From Eubacteriales bacterium (GTDB lineage: Bacteria; Bacillota; Clostridia; Oscillospirales; UBA644), in assembly GCA_045543655.1 (NCBI GenBank), contig JAZPXN010000068.1, positions 19,407 to 83,406 of the forward strand: a stretch of DNA of 64,000 nucleotides, in the 5' to 3' direction. The position numbers and the translations under genes are program-made. The notes beneath the pieces were generated by a model. The model was not told where the DNA came from, did no database searches, and saw only the letters and a program-made list of their open reading frames with translations. Shown in pieces: positions 29,513 through 38,607 of the stretch (within the stretch, counting starts at the first letter, position 1; each line of letters starts with the position of its first letter).

Positions 29513-30748
29513 TCAAGACAGATTCTTCAGCTTTTTGGTAAATTCCTTATCGTCGTACCGGTCAACGTCTTCCAGAACCTCAATCCCCATATCGCCGGCT
29601 CTTGCCCGGATATAATCGGCGCGGCCGCCCATGCGGTCCAGCTCCGAGGTGACGAGAATCTTTTTCACGTATTTCCCACCGAAACGGTCCGCCACGGTAT
29701 TGAGTTTATACAGCTCCTGCATATCGAATTCACCGTTTTTGCAGGAAATTATGATAGGAATCGAACCCTTCATTGCAAAAACGTCGATCTCGTTGACGGT
29801 GCGGAATTCGTCCTTCGATTCCGGAGCATCCCAATCCAGACAGACCCCAACCTTGACCTCGTGGTAGAGCGGAGCTTTTGATTTCGGCTCGGTCAGCTCC
29901 CGCATCCGTTTTGCAATGATCAGCTCCAGAACCTGTCCTGCCGTGGTCAAACACCGTTTGACCTGATCGTTTTTAAATTCAAAACGGAGAACGCCGTGAA
30001 GCTCCAGCTTCCGCAAAAGCCCCATTTCCTGAAGCCCGTTCAAAATTGCAGGGTTCAAATACAGGTTAAGGTGGACCCGTTCAAAGGCGTCGGAGGCGGT
30101 AGAACGGTCAACCTGAAAGAACAGTGAAGAACCGGTACGGAAGGTCTCGCAAAGATCCCGCAACGTGTCCATCTGAAGATTCCAGTTTCGGGCGTTGATG
30201 CGACAGATGCTCCACATATTTTCAATATCCTTACAGAAGTCTTCGCTGAAATCCCATTCGTAGGTGATCAACTCCGGCTTGACGTGATCCCGGATAATCT
30301 CCCCGCCGTGCATGGTAACGTTCTCTTCCACGGTAATATTAAAGGACTTGGAGCGGCAGTTTTTCCCGTCGGAATCACAATCGATAACGGCGTTTTTGTT
30401 GTAATTGAAGCGGTGACACTGCACCTCGCCAAGGTGTCGCTCCATCAGCATCCCTACGGCAACGAGATACATATCGTCGCCGCCGGTAAGATCGAAAACG
30501 CAATCGCCGTATTCCTCCACGATCTCTTCGAGAACGGAAACCACGTGCTGAAGATCGTTGCGGTTGACCGAGCGATGCTCCAGGAGGATCTTAAGTCCGC
30601 GTCCGTCAAGAACCTTCTGATAAGAGCAAATGGCTTTTTCCATCACCCTATGACTGTCACCGATATAGACCACGCGGTCGGGCTCGCATACGAGGGCTCC
30701 GGAAAGATTTTCCAGCGCACTTTTGTCAAAAAATTCAATAATGGTCAT
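29513..30748 (-). CDS. CARF-domain plus PD-(D/E)XK nuclease protein (Card1/Can2/DUF1887-like)
   Basis: N-terminal Rossmann-like CARF pattern (IEFFD..ENL...PDRVVYIG; VFDLTGG) and C-terminal GQVLE...NEIDV...ISCKNG...ELYKL restriction-endonuclease-fold motif. Confidence 0.8.
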   Translation of the reverse strand: MTIIEFFDKSALENLSGALVCEPDRVVYIGDSHRVMEKAICSYQKVLDGRGLKILLEHRSVNRNDLQHVVSVLEEIVEEYGDCVFDLTGGDDMYLVAVGMLMERHLGEVQCHRFNYNKNAVIDCDSDGKNCRSKSFNITVEENVTMHGGEIIRDHVKPELITYEWDFSEDFCKDIENMWSICRINARNWNLQMDTLRDLCETFRTGSSLFFQVDRSTASDAFERVHLNLYLNPAILNGLQEMGLLRKLELHGVLRFEFKNDQVKRCLTTAGQVLELIIAKRMRELTEPKSKAPLYHEVKVGVCLDWDAPESKDEFRTVNEIDVFAMKGSIPIIISCKNGEFDMQELYKLNTVADRFGGKYVKKILVTSELDRMGGRADYIRARAGDMGIEVLEDVDRYDDKEFTKKLKNLS

Positions 30749-30776
30749 AGAATACCTCGCATAGTTTTATAGTATT

Positions 30777-30909
30777 ACTCTAACAGACCACCTTGAAAAT
30801 GTCAAGACAAATTCGACATTTTTCACATTTTTTTTATATTTCGGAACTGCGAAAATCCTCCCCCCAACGGGTTTTTCCTATTGACAGATCCTCTCGGAAA
30901 TGCTATAAT
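30777..30909. promoter_or_regulatory. Divergent SigA promoters (CARF nuclease gene and zinc-ribbon gene)
   Basis: Minus strand: TTGACA(30805-30800)-17-TAGAGT with TG. Plus strand: TTGACA(30881)-17-TATAAT(30904) with TG. Confidence 0.65.
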
Positions 30910-30952
30910 AGAACCAAAGAAGACGGTAAAAACCGTTGAAAGGAGCCATATT

Positions 30953-31534
30953 ATGAACTGCAAAGTTTGCAACTCTCCCATTACGGAAGGTCAGTCCTTC
31001 TGCTCTTACTGCGGAACGAAGATCGAAGCTCCTGCAGAAGAAACCGTTGCTGTAGCGGAAGAAATTCCGGCGCAGGAAACGAAAACCGAAGAAGCCGTTA
31101 CGGAAACGATATCCGAAACGCCTCCCTCCGAGGAAACAGACAAAACCGAACAAGTCCCCGAAGCGCAGGAAGAACCCGTCACCGCTGAAACCGAAGCGGC
31201 CGAAGAACCCGCCGCCCTTGCAGAACCCCCCACGCAGCCCCCTGCAGGAAACGACGATGCCCTTGACAAGGACGCCACGACCGGCTTTATCCTCGGCATC
31301 CTTGCATACGTGATCTCCTGCGCCGGAATTCCGCTGGGAATCATCGGACTGATCAAAGCCACCCGAGGCATGAAAGCGCCCAACAAGCGTGTCTTCGGCA
31401 TTATCGGCACCATCCTCTCCGCCGCCGGGATCGTGGGTTTCTTCACGTCGATCTTCAGCTTCATATCTGCATTCCAAAGCGGAATGGATCTTTACGAAAT
31501 GCTGGATCTGTTCGTCTCCAATATCCCCTGGTAA
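30953..31534 (+). CDS. Zinc-ribbon, acidic linker and DUF4190-like 2-3 TM membrane protein
   Basis: CKVC...FCSYCG, a Glu/Ala/Pro/Thr-rich linker, GFILGIL..GIPLGIIGL; AAGGAG RBS. Confidence 0.75.
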   Translation: MNCKVCNSPITEGQSFCSYCGTKIEAPAEETVAVAEEIPAQETKTEEAVTETISETPPSEETDKTEQVPEAQEEPVTAETEAAEEPAALAEPPTQPPAGNDDALDKDATTGFILGILAYVISCAGIPLGIIGLIKATRGMKAPNKRVFGIIGTILSAAGIVGFFTSIFSFISAFQSGMDLYEMLDLFVSNIPW

Positions 31535-31557
31535 ACAACGCATTTCCATAAAATAAC

Positions 31558-31592
31558 GCCGTCCGTGCAAAAGCACGGGCGGCTTCTTTTTT
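31558..31592. terminator. Terminator between convergent genes
   Basis: GCCGTCCGTGC-aaaa-GCACGGGCGGC followed by a T-run. Confidence 0.75.
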
Positions 31593-32577
31593 AGGCTTCA
31601 TCGGCGGGATAACGGATTCCGACGGTTCTTCGAATCTCGTCCAGAATCCGGAACGAAAGCTCGGAAAACGCCCGATCCGGCGGATCCCCCCGGTTGACGG
31701 CGTCCACGAAAGCGTCGCATTCGTAGACCATATCGTTCTCTTCCGTATGCGGACTGAAGACCCGAATCTCCCCCGACCGCATCCGCATCTCCACGGTGCG
31801 GGGAGAAGAAATGGCGTCAATGATCATCGTGCCCAATTCTCCCTGAATCTCGCATTGCCGGAAGGCGTCAGAAACCTTGGAGTAGTTCAGCGTAACGAGA
31901 AAATCGGAATAATTCAGCACCGCGCATCCCACGCCGTCCACGCCTCCGGGAACGAGAACGCCGGACGCGATAACGCTTTGCGGGGCGCCGAACAGCTCCA
32001 ACGCGGGATAAAGACAGTAAACGCCAAGATCCAACAGGGCGCCGTTGGAAAATTCCGCCTTGAAGGTGTTGACGCTTTCCCCCCGTTTATGAGCGTCGTA
32101 GCGGCTGGAGTACTTGGAAAAATCGAAGCGAACGTTCCGGATCTGACCCAATTCGGGCAGGTGCTCCCGCATCAGAGAAAAGGCCGGCATATAACGGGCC
32201 TTGTACGCTTCCGCAAGATAGGCGCCGCGCAGCTCCGCTTCCCGGAGCATCCGGTCGGTTTCCGCAGAATTGGAGGCCAGGGGCTTTTCACAGAGAACGG
32301 GAATTCCCCGCTCCAGAAAAAAGACTGCCTGCTCGCAATGGAGAGAATTGGGGGATGCAATATAGACCGCATCGGATACCGACGCCAATTCCTCAAGGCT
32401 CCGGCAGACGCAGGGCATCGAATGCTTCCGCGCAAAGGTCTCCCCCTTCCGGAGATCCCGGGAATAAATCGCCACGGGAACAGTCTTGGGACACTGAGCC
32501 ATAGCTTGAGCCATCTTGTGAGAGATCTCCGACGTTCCGATTATGCCGAATTTCAAAATCCTTTTCATTTTCTTCAT
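31591..32577 (-). CDS. Gfo/Idh/MocA-family oxidoreductase (YgjR/IolU-like)
   Basis: GIIGT, AVYIASPNSLH, VLCEKP, YSSRYD, GALLDLGVY. Confidence 0.9.
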   Translation of the reverse strand: MKKMKRILKFGIIGTSEISHKMAQAMAQCPKTVPVAIYSRDLRKGETFARKHSMPCVCRSLEELASVSDAVYIASPNSLHCEQAVFFLERGIPVLCEKPLASNSAETDRMLREAELRGAYLAEAYKARYMPAFSLMREHLPELGQIRNVRFDFSKYSSRYDAHKRGESVNTFKAEFSNGALLDLGVYCLYPALELFGAPQSVIASGVLVPGGVDGVGCAVLNYSDFLVTLNYSKVSDAFRQCEIQGELGTMIIDAISSPRTVEMRMRSGEIRVFSPHTEENDMVYECDAFVDAVNRGDPPDRAFSELSFRILDEIRRTVGIRYPADEA

Positions 32578-32845
32578 TCCCTTCCGGAGAAATTTCCACC
32601 ATCGCGTCTTCGCATCGCACCCGGCGGACCCAATTGCGGGTAAAAAACAACAGTGCCGCAGATACGACGGCGGCCACGGTGATCTGAACCCAAAGCGGCG
32701 CGGACAGAAGCGTGCAGATCAGCCCGCCTGTGCATCCCACCGAAAGCCAGATCAGACGATACCGGTAAAAAAAGGTCTCCCCCACGGCAAAAAGAACCGT
32801 AAGACACAACCACATCAGGGAAAGATCCCCCGTAAAAACCTCCAT
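32393..32845 (-). CDS. NfeD-like membrane protein, N-terminal TM part only; the 3' end is uncertain
   Basis: WL.L.VLFAVGE...LIWLSVG...LWVQI..A.VVS..LLFFTR resembles the NfeD TM domain. No OB-fold follows, and the ORF runs 185 bp into the next gene. Confidence 0.5.
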   Translation of the reverse strand: MEVFTGDLSLMWLCLTVLFAVGETFFYRYRLIWLSVGCTGGLICTLLSAPLWVQITVAAVVSAALLFFTRNWVRRVRCEDAMVEISPEGNEENEKDFEIRHNRNVGDLSQDGSSYGSVSQDCSRGDLFPGSPEGGDLCAEAFDALRLPEP

Positions 32846-32899
32846 GAACAACAGCTCCCTTCACAGAGATCCTATGCCCGTCCACCCGGCGATAGCACC

Positions 32900-32951
32900 A
32901 GTATAACAAAAATTTCCATTCCTGTCAAGAGGGAGAGAGACGGCATATAAT
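32900..32951. promoter_or_regulatory. Overlapping divergent promoters: SigA (minus) and putative SigE/SigK (plus)
   Basis: Minus strand: TTGACA(32928-32923)-17-TATACT. Plus strand: GTCAAG...GCATATAAT. Confidence 0.5.
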
Positions 32952-32996
32952 AAAATGAGCCGAAGGGCTACGTTCGTCGAAAACGAGGGAGAAACC

Positions 32997-33221
32997 ATGC
33001 AAATGAAATGTATCGGAGTCAGATCCGTCACTTACGCGGAAAAAGCACGGGACCTATTAAAGCCGTACGGCATCAACGCAACCCCCGTCAAGCGCCCCGG
33101 AGTTTCCCCCACGGGCTGCGGGTGGTGCGTAAAAGTTCCATTTTCACAATCGGAAACGGCGCTCACTCTGATGAAGAATAACGGCGTGAGAGTCACGGGA
33201 GAAATTTATGATCTATCTTGA
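32997..33221 (+). CDS. DUF3343-family small protein
   Basis: SVTYA.KA..LL...GI...P......GCG motif; typical partner of the downstream desulfurase. Confidence 0.75.
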   Translation: MQMKCIGVRSVTYAEKARDLLKPYGINATPVKRPGVSPTGCGWCVKVPFSQSETALTLMKNNGVRVTGEIYDLS

Positions 33222-34347
33222 CAATGCCGCCTCATCTCATCCGAAGCCTGCGGAGGTTCTGCGGGCGGTTACCGAACACCTGCGGAACAACGGAGCAAAC
33301 CCCGGCCGCAGCGGTCACAGGATGGCCATGGAGGCCGCCCGATCGGTATTTCACGCCCGACAGACCCTGTCGGGCATTTTCGGTGCGGAGCCGGAGAACG
33401 TAATTTTCACTGCAAACACCACCGACGCCATCAACCGGGGATTGAAGGGCCTTCTGAAGCCGGGGGATCACGTGTTAATCTCCGATTTGGAGCACAATTC
33501 GGTTCTGCGGCCCCTTGCATCCCTGCAAAAACGGGGAATCGTCAGCTATACCGTCGTCAGTACCGGTGTCAACGACGAGGAAACGGTAGCCCGATTCCGC
33601 AGGTGCGTCACGCCGAAAACCGCAATGATCGTCTGCACCCACGCCTCCAACGTCAGCGGACGCATCCTTCCCATCCGACAGATCGGCGAGTTCTGCAACG
33701 ACAGAGGGATCCTGTTCGGCGTGGACGCTGCCCAGACCGCAGGCGTCGAAGCGATTCATCTGAAAAACGACCGCGTGGATTTTCTCTGCGTTCCCGGCCA
33801 TAAATCTCTGTTGGGGCCTCAGGGAACGGGAGCGTTGATTCTCCGCAGCGGGCTCAGTCCGATACCTTTGACCGAAGGAGGTACGGGCTACGATTCCCTG
33901 TCGGAGGATCAGCCGGACACGGTACCGGAAGGGCAGGAAAGCGGAACGCTGAACACGCCCGGAATTGCAGGATTCGAGGCCGGCGCCCGATTTGCAGACG
34001 CCCACCGGGAGATCATCCGCAGACACGAAAGGAATCTTCGGGATTTATTTGCAGAAGAGATTACAAAAATCCCCGGATTTATTTTACTCAACACGGGAGA
34101 ACGGTTCGTGGGCACGGTTTCGTTTTACCACGAAAACGCTCATTCCGAAGAGATCGCTCAATGGCTGGATCTGTGTGGAATCTGCGTGCGGGGAGGGTAC
34201 CATTGCTCCGCCCTGGCACATCGAACCTTAGGAACCTTGTCCTCGGGAGCCGTCAGAGTGAGCTTCGGCTACCGCAACACGGAGCAGGACGCCGTCGAAT
34301 GTATTAAATGTTTGAAAAAATATCAAAATAATTCCCGAAAGCCTTGA
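33208..34347 (+). CDS. Class V PLP aminotransferase / cysteine desulfurase family protein
   Basis: MIYLDNAA, NPGRSGH, EHNSV, HASNV, DAAQ, PGHKSLLGPQG, RGGYHC. Confidence 0.9.
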   Translation: MIYLDNAASSHPKPAEVLRAVTEHLRNNGANPGRSGHRMAMEAARSVFHARQTLSGIFGAEPENVIFTANTTDAINRGLKGLLKPGDHVLISDLEHNSVLRPLASLQKRGIVSYTVVSTGVNDEETVARFRRCVTPKTAMIVCTHASNVSGRILPIRQIGEFCNDRGILFGVDAAQTAGVEAIHLKNDRVDFLCVPGHKSLLGPQGTGALILRSGLSPIPLTEGGTGYDSLSEDQPDTVPEGQESGTLNTPGIAGFEAGARFADAHREIIRRHERNLRDLFAEEITKIPGFILLNTGERFVGTVSFYHENAHSEEIAQWLDLCGICVRGGYHCSALAHRTLGTLSSGAVRVSFGYRNTEQDAVECIKCLKKYQNNSRKP

Positions 34348-34372
34348 TTTTTTCATGATTTACTGGTAAAAT
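34344..34372 (+). promoter_or_regulatory. SigA promoter for the cdaA operon
   Basis: TTGATT-17-TAAAAT with extended TG. Confidence 0.5.
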
Positions 34373-34456
34373 AGAATAAATAAACTATAGAGATATAGCA
34401 AAAGTCGTGCAAAGCGGAGTCTTTCTTCCGGCGGGACTCCGTTTGCTTAAAGAAGG

Positions 34457-35356
34457 GTGGACGAACAGGTGGATACCGTGCTTCAGTTTTTCAAAAATCT
34501 GGGTGAATTTATCGTGACGACCGTCAGGGATTTCCGGATTCTTGACGTAATCGACATTGCCGTCGTTGCGATCATCATTTATTACGTACTTAAATTCGTG
34601 CGGGATACCCGGGCAGCGCAGCTGATGAAAGGGATCCTGCTGATCATCGGCCTATTCATCCTTGCCGAAACCTTTGAACTGCAGGCAACGTCTTATATCC
34701 TGAAAAGTACGCTGGAATTTGGCATTCTTGCCGTATTGATCGTATTTCAGCCGGAATTGCGCTCCCTTTTGGAACGCATCGGGCGAAGCGGCAAGGGAAA
34801 AACGCTGAACATCTTCTCCTCGGATAAGGGGCAAAACGATACGGAACTGGATGCAAACATCTCCAACATCGTCGACGCAGTTTCCAATATGTCCGCCACC
34901 AAAACGGGAGCTCTGATCGTAATAGAACGTACCACGAAGCTGGGAGAGGTAATCAATACGGGCACTACGGTGGACGCCGCCATCGTCACCGACGTAATTA
35001 TGAATATCTTCTTCCCCAAAGCCCCGCTCCACGACGGTGCCATGATCATTCGCGACGGACGGATCCGTGCCGCCGGATGCTTCCTGCCCCTGACGACGAA
35101 AAAATTTGAGAGCGATCTGGGAACCAGACACCGGGCGGGGATCGGCGTGAGCGAGATCTCCGATGCGGTGGTCATTCTCGTCTCGGAGGAAACGGGGATC
35201 ATCTCCGTCGCAATAGAAGGGAATCTGCAGAGACGGCTTACCCCCGACGCCCTGCAGGTGCTCCTGACGAAAGAACTGGGCTCCGACGAGAAAAAGAAAA
35301 AAGATCCCTTTACCGGTCTTCTGAAAGGACGGAACAATAAAAATGACGACGAATAA
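34457..35356 (+). CDS. cdaA: Diadenylate cyclase
   Basis: 3 TM helices, FQPELR, GALIVIER, PLHDGA, LGTRHRA, VSEETG. Confidence 0.95.
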   Translation: MDEQVDTVLQFFKNLGEFIVTTVRDFRILDVIDIAVVAIIIYYVLKFVRDTRAAQLMKGILLIIGLFILAETFELQATSYILKSTLEFGILAVLIVFQPELRSLLERIGRSGKGKTLNIFSSDKGQNDTELDANISNIVDAVSNMSATKTGALIVIERTTKLGEVINTGTTVDAAIVTDVIMNIFFPKAPLHDGAMIIRDGRIRAAGCFLPLTTKKFESDLGTRHRAGIGVSEISDAVVILVSEETGIISVAIEGNLQRRLTPDALQVLLTKELGSDEKKKKDPFTGLLKGRNNKNDDE

Positions 35357-36635
35357 GAAAAAGAGCGTTGGAGCGTTTTTCGGAAACCTGCTCCACAACA
35401 ATCGGTTCCTTGCAATCCTTTCGATCATTCTTGCACTGTTCGTCTGGATCTATATTCTTTACGTACTCAACCCCGTAAACGAAAAGAAGTTCGACGATAT
35501 CCCCGTCGACGTTCTTTCCGCCTTCGAAGGCTCCACCCTGGACGACCGGGGATACATGATGCTGGAAAGCGCTCAGGACAAGATCGACGTCACCGTTTCA
35601 GGCACTCGGGCAGCTCTTTTGAATTTTTCCGAAGAAGACCTGAAAATTTCCCTGGATATGAATTCCATCCTCTCTGCCGGCGAACGGTCGGTCAAGGTGA
35701 TCGTTACGTCCAACAACAGCAATATCAAAGTAACCGACTATTATCCCACGGAAATCAACATCAAATTTGCGGTGGAAGCCACCCGGGAGATCCCCGTAGA
35801 GATTCTGCAGGTTGGAGCGTTGCCGGAAGGCTACGAAATCGACGAACAGACCGTCTCCCCCCAGAACATTACCGTCACCGGTCCTGCGGACACCGTTGCC
35901 GAAATCGATAAAGCGTACGTGAAGATTTCTCTGGACAACGTAAAAGAGAATTTTTCCGGCACTTACGATATTTCTCTGGTCCATTTTGAAACGGGAAGCG
36001 GAAACAAAACCGAAGAAACCAACGTAGAACGGCGCTATCTCGATATTTCCGCAACCTCTGCGGAAGCCTCGGTCGCCGTCGCCTACCGTAAAACCCTTGC
36101 CGCGACGGTAGAGATCGTGAACACCTACGGCGGGAACAACGAAACGTCCCTCGTCTCCGTAGCCTTTGATACCACTTCCGTCAAGGCCACCGGCCCCGAA
36201 AAAGTTCTTTCGGGTATGAATGAGATCCTGCTTGGAACCATCGATACCGCGCTATTTGAAAAGAGCGGCACCGTAACGCTGGAGGTTCCTCCCCTGGAGG
36301 GCGTCACCTACGATACCCAGCAGATTACGGCAACCGTCACCGTGGCAAAGGATCTGACCGTCAAAACCCTGACCTTTGATACCGCAAGCATCACCTGCAA
36401 AAACGTCCCCTCCGGAAAGGTCGCCCGCGTTAACGCAGGAAAAATCTACGTTCGCATCCGGGGAAGCGCCGCAGCGCTGAAGGATCTGAAGTCCGATCAA
36501 TTCAAATGCGAGGCCGACGTATCAAAAGCAAACGAAGACGGATCCTACCCCATCTTCGTCACTCCAACCGCAACCGTTTCCGGGATCACCTTCGACGTGG
36601 TGGGAGCGCCTTCGGTTAAAGTGAATATTCAATGA
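35343..36635 (+). CDS. cdaR: CdaR / YbbR-domain regulator
   Basis: SIILALFVWIY TM followed by repeated YbbR-like units (VTVSG, P..ITVTGP, VKATGP, VRIRGS); overlaps cdaA. Confidence 0.85.
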   Translation: MTTNKKKSVGAFFGNLLHNNRFLAILSIILALFVWIYILYVLNPVNEKKFDDIPVDVLSAFEGSTLDDRGYMMLESAQDKIDVTVSGTRAALLNFSEEDLKISLDMNSILSAGERSVKVIVTSNNSNIKVTDYYPTEINIKFAVEATREIPVEILQVGALPEGYEIDEQTVSPQNITVTGPADTVAEIDKAYVKISLDNVKENFSGTYDISLVHFETGSGNKTEETNVERRYLDISATSAEASVAVAYRKTLAATVEIVNTYGGNNETSLVSVAFDTTSVKATGPEKVLSGMNEILLGTIDTALFEKSGTVTLEVPPLEGVTYDTQQITATVTVAKDLTVKTLTFDTASITCKNVPSGKVARVNAGKIYVRIRGSAAALKDLKSDQFKCEADVSKANEDGSYPIFVTPTATVSGITFDVVGAPSVKVNIQ

Positions 36636-38164
36636 GTTACCAATTATTGAACGATCTTCGCCTCCCCATTGACCAACCGGTGGAAGAGGTACTGAAAAAG
36701 GCCCGGAAGGAACTGAATCTCCCTGCCGCTACGCCAGCGTTCGTCTATCGCCGATCGCTGGATACCCGGAAGGATCGGTTTTCCTTCGTTTATACGGTCG
36801 CCGTTGACACGGAGAAAAATCACCCGTCCCTGCGGCCCTTTCCCTCCTACGAATTTCCCGAATGCGTTACCGTGCCAAAAACGATCCCTGTGATCGGGTT
36901 CGGTCCCGCCGGAATGTTTTGCGCCTGGTTATTGGCAAAATGCGGACACAAGCCCCTGATCATAGAGCGGGGACAACCCCTGGAGCAGCGTATTGCTGAC
37001 GTGGAAGGTTTCTGGCACGGAGGCCCGCTGAACCCGGAATCCAACGTGCAATTCGGAGAAGGAGGCGCCGGAACCTTTTCCGACGGGAAGTTAACCACTC
37101 GGATCAACGACCCCCGATGTCGCAAGATACTTGAGACCTTCGTCTCCTTCGGCGCGCCGCAGGAAATTCTGACCTTAGCAAAACCGCACGTGGGAACCGA
37201 TCGGCTTCGCACCGTAGTGCGCGCCATGCGGGAAGAGATTCTTGCCCTGGGCGGAGAGATCCGCTTCGGCACGAAGCTCACCGACGTTACCGTTGAAAAC
37301 GGACGGTTAAGAGCTCTTTGGCTCAACGGGGAGCGCTACGATACCGATATTGCGGTGTTGGCCATCGGAAACGGTGCGCCGGACACCTACAAAATGCTTC
37401 TCGCGCGCCCCCTTTGCATAGAAGCGAAGCCTTTTGCCGTGGGATTTCGCGCAGAGCATAGCCAGGAAGCCCTGAACGCCCGCATTTTCGGGAAATACAA
37501 CGGCAATCCGAATCTCGGACCGGCGGAATATCTCTTCAGCCACGTAACCGATAAATCAGCTTCGGAAGCAGTCTACTCCTTCTGTATGTGCCCGGGGGGA
37601 CAGGTCGTCAACGCCTCTTCCCTGCCCGGAAGATTGACCACGAACGGCATGAGCCACTACGCCCGAGACGGAAAAAACGCCAACGCCGCCATCTTAGCAT
37701 CGGTGCGCCCCACCTCTCCGGAAGAGGGGATCGAGCTTCAGAAAGCCATAGAATCCACCGCCTACGCCATGGCAAACGGTTCAGGGCCCGCCTCCACGGG
37801 AGAAGCCTTTATCAACAACGAACGTTCCCCCAGATTAACCGGGCCGGACGCTACCTTTTTGCCGGGCGTTACGCCCTGCAATCTCAACGATCTCTTTCCC
37901 CCGTCGGTTTCCGCCCGTCTCAGGGAGGGATTCTGCCTCTTCAAGGAGCGGATTCTCGGTACGGAACCTGCCGTGCTTACGGCACCGGAAACGAGAACGT
38001 CTTCTCCCCTGCGGATTCTTCGCGATTCCGAAACCCTTCAGGCCACCTTCGTATCCGGATTATTCCCATGCGGAGAGGGCGCAGGCTATGCGGGAGGCAT
38101 CATGTCCTCCGCCGTGGACGGGTTACGCGTTGCAGAAAAAATCATCGGAGATAAAACGATATGA
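36632..38164 (+). CDS. FAD-dependent oxidoreductase (uncharacterised COG2509-type family)
   Basis: IGFGPAG, SNVQFGEGGAGTFSDGKL, SFCMCPGG, ETRTSSP, GEGAGYAGGI. Confidence 0.88.
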   Translation: MSYQLLNDLRLPIDQPVEEVLKKARKELNLPAATPAFVYRRSLDTRKDRFSFVYTVAVDTEKNHPSLRPFPSYEFPECVTVPKTIPVIGFGPAGMFCAWLLAKCGHKPLIIERGQPLEQRIADVEGFWHGGPLNPESNVQFGEGGAGTFSDGKLTTRINDPRCRKILETFVSFGAPQEILTLAKPHVGTDRLRTVVRAMREEILALGGEIRFGTKLTDVTVENGRLRALWLNGERYDTDIAVLAIGNGAPDTYKMLLARPLCIEAKPFAVGFRAEHSQEALNARIFGKYNGNPNLGPAEYLFSHVTDKSASEAVYSFCMCPGGQVVNASSLPGRLTTNGMSHYARDGKNANAAILASVRPTSPEEGIELQKAIESTAYAMANGSGPASTGEAFINNERSPRLTGPDATFLPGVTPCNLNDLFPPSVSARLREGFCLFKERILGTEPAVLTAPETRTSSPLRILRDSETLQATFVSGLFPCGEGAGYAGGIMSSAVDGLRVAEKIIGDKTI

Positions 38165-38607
38165 GAGTAACCGGACAAATCGTTAAAATAAAAGAGCGCT
38201 TTGCCTTCGTCCGCTCCGCACGGCCGGAATCCTGCGAGCATTGCGCAAACTCCGGCATTTGCAACAAAAAAGAGGTGGAGATCTGCGCCTACAACGACGT
38301 CGGCGCGGAAAAGGGCGATTACGTCACCGTCGAAACCAACGAGGACAAAACCGCACCCCTGATCCTTTCCTACCTCTTTCTCACCCCAATTGCAATTTTG
38401 TTCGTCAGTTATTTTCTCTATACCTTGTGGCCTTGGCTGGCCTTTGCGGCCGTTCCCCTGACCGCAATCTATTACGTAATCCTGCGCCGAATCAATAAAA
38501 ACCACCCCGTCCGAGCTCGCATCGTCGGTCCGGCCCTGCCGCCGAAGGATTGCAGGGAATTCATCATCGAAAAAGATAAGGAGCCACCCTATGAAAGCGG
38601 AAATTAA
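38161..38607 (+). CDS. RseC/MucC-family Fe-S membrane protein
   Basis: SCEHC...C motif, N.VGA.KGD.V.V, then YLFLTP and two TM helices. Confidence 0.75.
   Translation: MRVTGQIVKIKERFAFVRSARPESCEHCANSGICNKKEVEICAYNDVGAEKGDYVTVETNEDKTAPLILSYLFLTPIAILFVSYFLYTLWPWLAFAAVPLTAIYYVILRRINKNHPVRARIVGPALPPKDCREFIIEKDKEPPYESGN

Noticed and set aside
19835-30950. Possible genomic island integrated at tRNA-Glu
   Set aside because: I found no integrase, no duplicated tRNA 3' end near 30750-30950 and no mobility genes.
29513-30950. CRISPR array or cas genes associated with the CARF nuclease
   Set aside because: No repeat-spacer pattern in any intergenic region and no Cas-like ORF in the window.
31040-31250. 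Low-complexity GAA/CCG-rich stretch
   Set aside because: It encodes the Glu/Pro/Ala/Thr linker of the zinc-ribbon protein and is not a DNA repeat element.
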